From NCBI GenBank assembly GCA_028826165.1, contig JAPDFW010000059.1:248001-312000 (forward strand): a DNA stretch of 64,000 nucleotides. The letters are read 5' to 3'. The position numbers and the translations under genes are program-made. Below, piece by piece: positions 14,501 through 25,525 of this stretch. The notes beneath the pieces were generated by a model that was not told where the DNA came from, ran no database searches, and worked only from the letters and a program-made list of their open reading frames with translations. Position 1 is the stretch's first letter. Each line of letters opens with the position of its first letter. This stretch comes from Anaeramoeba ignava BMAN. Its lineage: Eukaryota; Protista; Anaeramoebae.

Positions 14501-15674
14501 CTTCATGTAAGCGTTTTCCACTTTGTTAGTTGTTGATGTGGAAACTGTTTTGTTGTCTTGCTCGAAAAGTGGATTTTCAAAGATGTCATTTTTATCACTA
14601 AAATCAACATTGTTCTTTCTTAATTGATCCGCCAACTGACGCGACTCCTCCTTTAGGCTCAGATCCAAAAATTGGATGAAGCACAACATCTCTTTAATTG
14701 TTGCCAAATCTTGCGGTTGACTTTTTCGACTGCAAATATTAATAAACAATTTATTCATTTCAATTGCATGAACCCAATAGTCGACCGTTTGCAAGTTTTC
14801 CGCCTTCAAATGATACAACCGCGGTTTGCATATGATCTGGAACGTGTTCTCGTTTTTTTCCTTTGATTTCATTTTGTTTTCTTCTGCGTATTTGATGATC
14901 CCCAAAATGTCCCTAATTTGGATCTCACCGAGTGCAATTGTGGATCGATTGGGAAATCGTGTTTTGTAGTAGCGCAGCGTTGTTCCCTCAAGCACAAACC
15001 ACCGCTTCTTCCATATTCCTTTGAACCCGCATTTGTATAGCCATCCTTGCCGCGCGAATGGTATCATAGGTATCTCCTTCAGTGCTACAAGCTCCATTTT
15101 TGGCGCCACTTCTTGTGTTATTGTTGTTCCGTTTTGTCCTAAAAATATCCGATTTTTTGTCAGCATTGCTCCGTATTGATTTGCTATTTTTTGTGATGTT
15201 TGGTACTCTTGAAGTGAGTTCATTCCTTCGTCAATTAGAATGTCTTCTGAACGGTTTGTTTGTCCCAATTCGATATAAGAGACTATTATAAATAAATTTT
15301 ATTTTAATTTTATAAAATTTATAAATTAAATTTTAATTTTATAAATAAATTTTAATTTTAATTTTATAAATAAATTTTAATAAATTAAATTTTAATTAGA
15401 TTTTGTTTTTCGTTTTGATGTCTTCAAAATAAATAATAAAAAATTGTTTTAAAAAAAAAAAAGTCAAAAGAAATTTCAAATCAAATTAAATTTTTGTAAA
15501 ATAATCACTTGGAACAAGTCCTTGTTGTTGAGTTCTTGTTGATTGAACTTTAACCCAATCTTTATTAACTCTTTCAAGAATAACTAATAAATCATTTTTG
15601 CGAAAAGATAAAATTGATGGATCATTAGAAGAATAATTAAATAGACAAATAGCAGGAATACAATCAAATGACAT
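8576..15674 (-). CDS. Large SH3/PH multidomain RasGAP; exons 15674-15509, 15282-8576
   Basis: The N-terminal SH3 exon splices (GTGATT..ATAG) to give GLVPISYIEL. PH domains (ARQGWLYK..WKKRWFVL), SH3 (DYNPKEEDEL..WFGSLDGKTGYF), RasGAP arginine finger LFRGN and GFVFLRFICP. Confidence 0.88.
11655..11975 (-). repeat. Coding (CAAAAT)n repeat encoding a poly-QN tract
   Basis: Pure GATTTT array on the + strand, in frame within the 2230-aa ORF. Confidence 0.95.
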
Positions 15675-15759
15675 TTTATAAAAAAAATCAAATAGAAAAA
15701 TGAAAAAAAAAAAAAATGAAAAAAGAAAAAAATTTCAAAAAAAAAAATGAAATAAAAAA

Positions 15760-16115
15760 AATGGAATAAATTTATAAATAAATTTAAATTTAAATAAAAA
15801 AAAATAAAAAATAAATTTATAATAAATTTATAAATAAAAAAATGGAATAAATTTATAATAATTTTATAAATAAAAAAATGGAATAAATTTATAATAAATT
15901 TATAAATAAAAAAATGGAATAAATTTATAATAATTTTATAAATAAAAAAATGGAATAAATTTATAATAAATTTATAAATAAAAAAATGGAATAAATTTAT
16001 AATAATTTTATAAATAAAAAAATGAAATAAATTTATAATAATTTTATAAATAAAAAAATGAAATAAATTTATAATAAATTTATAAATAAAAAAATGAAAT
16101 AAATTTATAATAATT
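15760..16115. repeat. 36-bp tandem repeat (TAAATAAAAAAATGGAATAAATTTATAATAATTTTA)
   Basis: About 9-10 copies between the cyclophilin stop and the RasGAP start. Confidence 0.9.
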
Positions 16116-16284
16116 TCTTTTTAAATCAAGTAGATTCTTTTTTATTCTGTTTTTGATTTTGTTATCTTAAAGGAAATTATGAAAAAAAAAAAAGAAAAGA
16201 AAACGAAAAGAAAATTTGGGAAAAAAAAAGAGGAATTAATTTTTTGAACTAACCAAATTAAAAATCAAAAAAAAAGAGGAATTT

Positions 16285-17481
16285 TTAATTAAGTTGTCCA
16301 CAATCAGCAATTTGGCATTCTGATTTTGGTTCACCAGATCTAGAACCTTGTTTTTCAACCATCTTAACAACATCCATTCCTTCAATAACTTGTCCAAAAA
16401 CAACATGATGACCATCAAGCCATTCAGTAACAACTGTTGTAATGAAAAATTGTGATCCGTTTGTGTTTTCTCCTGCATTTGCCATACTTAATAATCCGGG
16501 TTTGTCATGTTTAAGTTTGAAATTTTCATCTTTGAATTTTCTTCCATAAATACTCATTCCTCCAGTTCCATCTCCAGTTGTAAAATCTCCTCCTGTTTTT
16601 TTTATTGAATAAATTTTAAATTTTAATTTTAAATTCAAAATGAATTTTAATTTTAATTTTAATTTTAATTTTAATTTTAATTTTAAATTCAAAATGAATT
16701 TTAATTTTAATTTTATAAATGAATTTTAATTTTAATTTTAATTTTAATTTTAATTTTAATTTTAATTTTAATTTTAATTTAAAATCTCCTCCTGTTTTTA
16801 TTTAAATTTTAATTTTAATTTTAAATTCAAAATGAATTATAATTTTAATTTTAATTTTAATTTTAATTTTAATTTTAATTTTATAAATGAATTTTAATTT
16901 TAATTTTAATTTTAATTTTAATTTTAATTTTAATTTTAATTTTAATTTTAATTTTAATTTTAATTTTAATTTTAATTTTAATTTTAATTTTAATTTTAAT
17001 TTTAATTTTTAATTATAATTTTAATTTTAATTTTAATTTTAATTTTAATTTTAATTTTAATTTTAATTTTAATTTTAATTTTAATTTTAATTTTAATTTT
17101 ATAAATGAATTTTAATTTTAATTTTAATTTTAATTTTAATTTTAATTTTAATTAAATGAATTTTAATTTTAATTTTAATTTTAATTTTAATTTTAATTTT
17201 AATTTTAATTTTAATTTTAATTTTAATTTTAATTTTAATTTTAATTTTAATTTTATAAATAAAAATTAACCTTGAAGCATGAATTTTGGAATAACTCTAT
17301 GGAAATAAGATCCTTTGTAACAAAGAACAATTCCATCTTTTGTTTCACCTTTTTCTCCAGTGCAAAGACATCTGAAATTCTCAGCAGTTTTTGGTACAAC
17401 ATCAGCAAATAATTCAAAAACAATTCTACCTGCAGCTTTTCCTCCAATTGAAATATCAAAAAATACTTGTGGATTTGACAT
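16285..17481 (-). CDS. Cyclophilin A-type peptidyl-prolyl isomerase; exons 17481-17271, 16592-16285
   Basis: [29 protein letters not shown]|[32 protein letters not shown]; phase-1 intron filled with (AAAATT)n. Confidence 0.96.
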
Positions 17482-17699
17482 TTCTTTTTTACAAAATAAA
17501 TGGTAAATTAATTTTTTAATTATTTTTAATCAATTTTTTTTATTATTTTTTATCTTTTTTTTACTTCTTGTAAATTGAAAAATGAAAAATGGAAAATTAA
17601 AAAAAAAAAAGAAAAATTTTTGCTTTTTTCTTTTTTTAGTAATTTTATTTATTAATTTTATTTATTAATAAATTAAATTAATAACTTATTTTAATCAAT

Positions 17700-17995
17700 A
17701 AAATTTATAAATAAATTATATTTAAAAAGTGGAATAAATTAATAAATAAATTAATAAAATAATTTCCAAATAAAAAAAGTGGAATAAATTTATAAATAAA
17801 TTAATAAATAAATTATATTCAAAAAAGTGGAATAAATCAATAAATAAATTATATTTAAAAAAGTGGAATAAATTAATAAATAAATTAATAAATAAATTAA
17901 TAAATAAATTAATAATAATTTCCAAATAAAAAAAGTGGAATAAATTAATAAATAAATTTTATTTAAAAAAGTGGAATAAATTAATAAATAAATTT
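17700..17995. repeat. Degenerate repeat containing AAAAAAGTGGAATAAA in a divergent intergenic region
   Basis: Six copies of the GTGGAATAAA core between cyclophilin (-) and ORF 18099 (+). Confidence 0.8.
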
Positions 17996-18098
17996 TAAAA
18001 AAAAAATAAAAAGAAAAAACTATAAAACAAATTTTTCATTTTTTTTCTCAATTTAATTTTTCATTTTTTTTTCTCTTATTTTATCTTTTTTTATTGAA

Positions 18099-18398
18099 AT
18101 GGAAAATAAATTCGTTAAAGATTTAATACAAATTAATAGAAAAATAAACGAAACTAAAAATTTACTTACTTCAACTCAAGAAGAAAATAAAATGGAAAAT
18201 CTTTGTTTAAAATGGCAATTATCAGTTTTAAAAGAAAAGAAATTAAATATTGTTCAAAAAAATATTCAATCCAAAACAAATCAAACAACAAATCAAACAA
18301 TAAATCAAACAACAGAATCAACACAAAAAAAAAGAAAGAAACAAGAAGAAATAGGATTCAATATTAAATCAAATTCTCCAATTGTTAAAAAAATATAA
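18099..18398 (+). CDS. Hypothetical 99-aa coiled-coil protein
   Basis: Non-repetitive ORF with an ATG preceded by the TTTTCATTTT motifs seen before other genes; no recognised domain. Confidence 0.55.
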   Translation: MENKFVKDLIQINRKINETKNLLTSTQEENKMENLCLKWQLSVLKEKKLNIVQKNIQSKTNQTTNQTINQTTESTQKKRKKQEEIGFNIKSNSPIVKKI

Positions 18399-18566
18399 AA
18401 TATCAAATATCAAATATTTTTCAATTACAAAATTTAATTTTTGCAAAATTATTAATTTTTCTTTATTAAAAAACCAAACAAAACACAAAATCAATTTGAA
18501 TCATTTTATTTGTTTTCTTTTAAATTTCAAAACGAAAATTATTTTATTTAAATTTAAATTTAATTT

Positions 18567-19685
18567 TTAATTTAATTTTAATGAATTATCATCATCTGAT
18601 TGACTTTCCAAATTTTCACTATCATCTCCTTTATTATCATTATCACTATCACTATCATTATCACTATCATTATCATTATCATTATCATCATTTTGCAAAT
18701 TTTGTTCACCACTATCTTTTGATTTACTTTCAGAAAAGAAAATATCTTGAACTTGATTATAAATTCTTTTCAAATCCTTTAATTTTGGATAAAGATGAGT
18801 AAAAGGCATAACTAATTTATGTTCTCCTTCAATTATAAATCCAATATAGAATATTATTTGAAATCTTGTTATTCCTTCATTTATAATCACATTTTTCATT
18901 CGATCTTTATCATAAAATTTTTTTGTTTTACTTCCACTTAAATATTTTTTATTGAATTGAATTCCAAGTTCAGGAATTATCCATAAACTTTCTAAATATT
19001 AAATATTAAATATTATATTAAATATTATATTAAATATTAAATATTATATTAAATATTAAATATTAAATATTAAATATTATATTAAATATTATATTAAATA
19101 TTATATTAAATATTAAATTAAATATTAAATATTAAAATAAATATTAAATTAAATATTATATTAAATATTATATTAAATATTATATTAAATATTATATTAA
19201 ATATTAAATTAAATATTAAATATTAAAATAAATATTAAATTAAATATTATATTAAATATTATATTAAATATTAAATTAAATATTAAATTAAATATTATAT
19301 TAAATATTATATTAAATATTATATTAAATATTAAATATTAAATATTAAATATTAAATATTAAAAAAAGAGAAACAAACCTGAACGAACTTGAAAAAAATT
19401 TGTAAAAAGATGAATTATTAATAATCCAATTAAAACCCATGCAAATTTTGTAATAGAAAATTCTTGTCTTAATGATGTCTAAATAAAATTAATTTAAAAA
19501 TTAAATTTTGTTGTTGTTGTTGTTGTTTTTTTTTTTGAATATTTTTTTTTTACAGTTATTGTTATAAAAAAAATAATTGTATAAAATAATATTTTATCAA
19601 CTAATCTAATATATTTTGCATTTGTATAAATTGAAAATTTTATAATTCCATCATTAATTCTTTTTTCGCTAAAAGTTAAAACCAT
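18567..19685 (-). CDS. PIGH: GPI-GlcNAc transferase subunit H (PIG-H/Gpi15); exons 19685-19554, 19478-19379, 18991-18567
   Basis: Spliced product has two TM segments, then ESLWIIPELGIQF..YLSG..VIINEGI..YIGFII..LVMPF..LYPKL..IY, matching the PIG-H conserved domain. Confidence 0.85.
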
Positions 19686-20032
19686 TTTAATTTTTATATT
19701 TTAATTTTTATATTTTAATTTTTATATTTTAATTTTTATATTTTAATTTTTATATTTTAATTTTTATATTTTAATTTAAAGAAAAAAGAAAAATGAAAAA
19801 TGAAAAATGAAAAATGAAAAAAATTATTGTGAAATTTTTTTTAGAATTTTAATCATTTTCGTTTTTTGAAAAGAGAATAAATTTTTGTTTTAGAATTAAT
19901 TTGTTGCTTTTGTTTTGTTTTTGTTTTTGATTTTTTCATAATTGTTTTCTAATTAAGAAGAAATCAAAAACAAATATAAAAACATTCCTTTTTTTTTGAA
20001 TAAATTTTTATACAAAAAAAAATGGAAAATAT

Positions 20033-23000
20033 TTAATTATTTATTTGTTCTTTTGTTGAACGAAGAATTATAGGAGAAGATTTTGAAAGTTTTGTATTTT
20101 TAAGAAAATCAGGAGTTGAATTTGTGATTCTAATAACATGTTTTTGATTTTCGTTTTTATTTTGATAAACAGGATAAAAATAAGTTGTATTTGAATCAAG
20201 TGATCTTTTTGGAGATAAATTTGGTTGATATTCTAAAGTAGATAAAGACACAATAGGAATTGTTTGTAATGATTCTTGATTATTTGAATTGCTTTTATTT
20301 TCATTAATTTGTTGCAAATTTGATTCTGAATTTGTTGGATTTGGTTCTGGTGTTTTATGAACTTGATTATCTTCATTAAAAGATACATCTCTTTCCACTG
20401 TATTCGTGATATTTACAATTTCTGGATATTCTCGTTTGATTTCTTCTTGCATTGATTGTTTTTGATTTATGTTTGGATAAATTGGTGTTGGTTTAAATGC
20501 GATTGGATTAATAATGATTGTTGGTGTTAAAGTATTTTTTTGTTGATTTTCTTTTGAATTTCCATTTAATTTTTTGTTTAAATTTTCTCTTGATTTTTCT
20601 CTTGAATTTCCATTTAATTTTTATTTAAATTTTCTCTTGAGTTTTTCTCTTGAATTTCCATTTAATTTCTTGTTTAAATTTTCTCTTGATTTTTCTTTTG
20701 AATTTCCATTTAATTTTTTGTTTAAATTTTCTCTTGAGTTTTCTTTTGAATTTTCATTTAATTTCTTATTTAAATTTTCTCTTGAGTTTTCTCTTGAATT
20801 TCCATTTAATTTTTTGTTTAAATTTTCTCTTGATTTTTCTTTTGAATTTCCATTTAATTTTTTGTTTAAATTTTCTCTTGATTTTTCTCTTGAATTTTCA
20901 TTTAATTTCTTATTTAAATTTTCTCTTGATTTTTCTTTTGAATTTTCATTTAATTGTGTATTTAAATTTTCTCTTGAGTTTTCTTTTGAATTTCCATTTA
21001 ATTTCTTATTTAAATTTTCTCTTGATTTTTCTTTTGAATTTTCATTTAATTTCTTATTTAAATTTTCTCTTGAGTTTTCTCTTGAATTTTCATTTAATTT
21101 CTTGTTTAAATTTTCTCTTGACTTTTCTTTTGAATTTTCATTTAATTTCTTATTTAAATTTTCTCTTGATTTTTCTTTTGAATTTTCATTTAATTTTTTA
21201 TTTAAATTTTCTCTTGAGTTTTCTTTTGAATTTTCATTTAATTTTTGTTTAAATTTTCTCTTGACTTTTCTTTGAATTTTCATTTAATTGTGTGTTTAAA
21301 TTTTCTCTTGGTAATTTTACTTCTATGATTTTGTTATTCCCTGAATTTGAATTTATGTTGTTTGATCCTATTTGTTTTGGTATTATTTTGAAATTTCTTG
21401 AACTTTTTCGTGTTGTTTGTATTTCTTTAATTTGATTTTTTGGTTCATATTCAGGTTTTAATGTTTGATTTGTTTCACAAGTTGTTTGATTTTGAAATTC
21501 TTCAACTATGAATTGTTTTAATGAATCGATTTTTTGTTTTTGTTTTTCTTTATCAAATATTGGAGATGGACTATTTTGATTTCTACTTGGGATTCTAATT
21601 ATATTTTTATTTTGTATTGTATTTTGAATTGTGAATTGAATTTCGAATTGCAATAGGATTTTGAATTTGAATTGGATTTTGAATTTGATTTTGAATTTGA
21701 TTTTGAATTTGAATCGGATTTTGTATAGGATTTGGGAATATGAATGTATTTAGATTTTGATTTTGATTTTGATTTTGATTTTGAATTTGATTTTGAATTT
21801 GATTTTGATTTAGATTTTGATTTTGATTTTGAATTTGATTTTGATTTAGATTTTGATTTTGATTTTGATTTTGAATTTGATTTAGATTTTGATTTAGATT
21901 TTGATTTAGATTTTGATTTTGAATTTGATTTTGATTTTGATTTTGATTTAGATTTTGATTTTGATTTTGATTTTGATTTAGATTTTGATTTTGAATTTGA
22001 ATTTGATTTTGATTTTGATTTAGATTTTGATTTTGAATTTGATTTTGATTTTGATTTTGAATTTTATTTTGATTTTGATTTTGATTTTGATTTGTAGATT
22101 GATTAATTCGTGTCGGAATTGGAGTTGGTATATGATTTGAATTGATTTTCTTTTGATTTAGATTTTTATTTGAATTGTTTTGTTGTTTTTGTTGTATATT
22201 TTGATTTGGTTTTGTATTTTGATTGATTTTGTGATTCAGTTTTTTTTCTCTTCTATTCTCATCATTTGGCATAGATTTCGGATCTTCATTCATGCTATCT
22301 TCATTAATCTTATCTTCAGTTGAGCTTGAACTATTATTTCTTAAATGAGTTTTTTTCTTTTTTATTTCCTTTTTCATTTTACTTTTTGGTTGAGAATTTT
22401 CATTTTGAGTTTTTTGATTGCTTTCAATTTGATAATTATTTTTTTGTAAATTTTTTTCTTTTCCTTTTTGTTTAATTTTTAAGGATGTATTTTTTTGTTT
22501 ATCATTTTTTGGATTTTGATTTTGATTTTGATTTTGATTATTTTTTGTTGTATAATCATTAAACCTTTCTGAAGATAATTCAGGAGAAGAAGTTTTGATA
22601 TTCTGAAATTGCTTATTTGATTTCAATTTTTGTCTTTGAAGCATTTCCTCAACTTAAATTTAAAATTTAAAATTTAAATTTAATATTTAATATTTATAAA
22701 AAAAAAAAAGATTTTTTCATTAAAATATAAATAAATACCAATTTGTTTAATTTTTTCAGCAATTTTCTTAGGATCGGATTTAACTAAATGAAATTTTTTA
22801 CATAATCTTTTGGAAACTTCAAGATAATTCGCTTTTTTTAAATCAATTTTAGTACTGACTATATTTGCATTTCCATCAATTTGAATAGGAATATCTATTT
22901 GGATTAATGATGATTCTTGATATTTATCTTGATCAAATTGGTTTTGTTCTTGTAAATTAAAAGAAGATTTCATATCAATATCATCTTCTGCATGATTTTC

Positions 23001-24997
23001 AGGTCGAGATTCAATAATTGAATGAGATTTTGTATTAGGAAGATCTTGTAAAAAAAAAGGATGCTTTAAAAGTTCTTGTGCAGTTGGTCTAGTTTTTTCT
23101 TGACTAATACATAATTTGATAATTTCAAGAATATCCTGATCTTGAATTTTTTGAAGAGATAACGGAAGTGTTCCCTTTAGTAATTTATAAATTATAAATA
23201 ACAAATAATAAATAATTTTTTTTGTTGTTGAATTTTAATTTGAATTTACAGAAAGAACTTTTTTAAAAATTTGTGCTGGATTTTCACATTCTGCATAAGG
23301 ATAATCACCTGTTGCCATTTCTAAAATACACATTCCAAAGGCATAAACATCAACTTTTTCTGTATAACGTTCATCATAAAGTTCAGGAGCAAGAAAATTT
23401 GGCGTTCCTTTTAAATTTAAAAAAATGAAAATATTAAAATTTATGAAATTTATAAATTTTATAAAATTTACCAATAACACTTTTAACATAATCAGAAGTT
23501 TTTAAAGTTGATTCACCCAAATCTCCAATTTTGATTTTTCCTTTTCTTCCATCAAAAAAAACATTATCACATTTAATATCTCGATGAATAATTGGAGGGT
23601 TTCTTGAATGAAGATAACAAATTCCTTCAAGAATTTGTCGACTAAAATTACGAATAGCTTTTTTACTTAATTTTTGGAATCTATCAATATGATTTCTTAA
23701 ACTTCCTGATTGCATTAATTGAGTAATAAAAACAAGTGTTCTATTTTCTTGATTAAGCCAAGTCTCGTAAAGTCTAATAATTTTGGAATGTTTTACTCCA
23801 TGAAGTAATTTGATTTCACGAAATAATTTTTCTGCATCGAGTTCAGATAAATGATCTAATTTGACTTGATTCCATGCAACTTCTGTTCCATTTTCTTTAT
23901 CCATTGCATAATAAACAGATTTAATTGCTCCTCTTCCAATTAATTTTGAATACTAAAAATAATTTTTAATTTAATTTAGATTTTGATTTTGATTTTAATT
24001 TAATTTTAATTTTGATTTAGATTTAGATTTTAATTTTAATTTTGATTTAGATTTAGATTTAGATTTTAATTTTGATTTTAATTTAGATTTTGATTTAGAT
24101 TTTGATTTAGATTTTGATTTAGATTTTGATTTTGATTTAGATTTTGATTTTGATTTTGATTTAGATTTAGATTTTGATTTTGATTTTAATTTAGATTTTG
24201 ATTTAGATTTAGATTTAGATTTAGATTTTGATTTTAATTTAGATTTAGATTTTGATTTTAATTTAGATTTAGATTTAGATTTTGATTTTAATTTAGATTT
24301 AGATTTAGATTTTAATTTTGATTTAGATTTTGATTTAGATTTTGATTTAGATTTAGATTTTAATTTTAATTTTAATTTTGATTTTGATTTTAATTTTAAT
24401 TTAGATTTAGATTTTGATTTAGATTTAGATTTTGATTTTGATTTTGATTTTGATTTTGATTTTGATTTTGATTTAGATTTAGATTTAGATTTAGATTTAG
24501 ATTTTGATTTAGATTTAGTAAAGAATAATTTCAGAAGAATTAAACTTATTTTTTATTATTAAATTTTTTTTTTTTGGATTGTTCAAAAAGGAAATTACGT
24601 TTTAAAATCTTATTGAAAATTTTTTAATTAATTAATTAATTGAAATTTATTTTGTTTTTAAATTGAGAAATTATAATTTGTTTTGTTATTAAATATAAAT
24701 AATTTTTAAGCTTTTCTTGATAAATTATTTTGGATTTATTTTATTTTTTTTTTTCGCAAATTTTTTTTAAATAATTTTATTATTTAAATTTAACTTAAAT
24801 TTTATTTTAATTGTATTTTAATTGTATTTTTGTATTTATTTTTGTATTTATTTTTGTATTTATTTTTGTATTTATATTTGGATTTTTAATTTAAAAAAAA
24901 AAAAAGAAAAAAAAAGAAAAAAAAAGAAATTGAAATTTTTTACTCTAACATAATTTCCATGACTTTCTACTTGAACAAACTTTCTTGATTGTGACAT
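20033..24997 (-). CDS. WNK: WNK (With-No-Lysine) kinase; exons 24997-24944, 23952-23472, 23407-23250, 23174-22739, 22652-20033 (last exon has indel breaks)
   Basis: [10 protein letters not shown] (Lys in subdomain I), [63 protein letters not shown]; PF2/CCT-like segment and a long low-complexity tail. Confidence 0.9.
20545..21310 (-). repeat. 48-bp coding minisatellite ([16 protein letters not shown]), ~15-16 copies, in the WNK tail
   Basis: Regular 48-nt unit; translated in ORF 20621-21283. Confidence 0.9.
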
Positions 24998-25525
24998 TAT
25001 TTGATGTAAAATTAGAAAAGAGAAAAAGAAAAAGAAAAAGAAGATGAAAGAAGATGAAAGAAAGAAAGAAAGAAAGAAAGAAATGAAAAAAATGAAAAAA
25101 ATGAAAAGTTGATTTTCTGTTGTTTTTTTTATTTTTTTTTTTGATCATTTTTTTTATTTAATTTAAAATAAAATATAATTTTTATTAATAATTACTAATT
25201 ATTTAATAAGAAAAAAAAAAATTTTTTTTAATGTTTTTATTTTGTTGTTTTTATTTTGTTGATTAAGAAATTCGAATTGTCTTTTTTTAAATATAAATTT
25301 TTTAAATATAAAATCTTTTTGCTTTTTTTTTTTTCTTTTGATCAGAATTTTTACTTAATCAAAATTATTTTGAATAAATAAATAATTTAAAAAAATTTTT
25401 TTGGAATTGTTTTTTTTTCTTTTTTTTAAATTGGTTTTTATTGATTTGTTTTTTAAATTGCTTTTTTTTTTTTTGAAATTAAAATTTTTGAAAAGAAAAA
25501 AAAATTTTTTTTTGAGTAAAACAAA

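Noticed and set aside
15760-16115. 36-bp periodic repeat resembling a CRISPR repeat length
   Set aside because: Head-to-tail with no unique spacers, no cas genes, and a eukaryotic context.
21600-21660. Euplotes-style programmed +1 frameshift (ORF ends AAA TAA; also AAA TAA in Cdc16 exon 2)
   Set aside because: Other breaks are -1 or occur far from the stop and sit in homopolymers; AAA TAA is expected by chance at this AT content.
24520-24900. Non-repetitive block in WNK intron 1 as a possible C/D snoRNA
   Set aside because: A CTGA is present on the sense strand but there is no upstream RUGAUGA box C or terminal stem.
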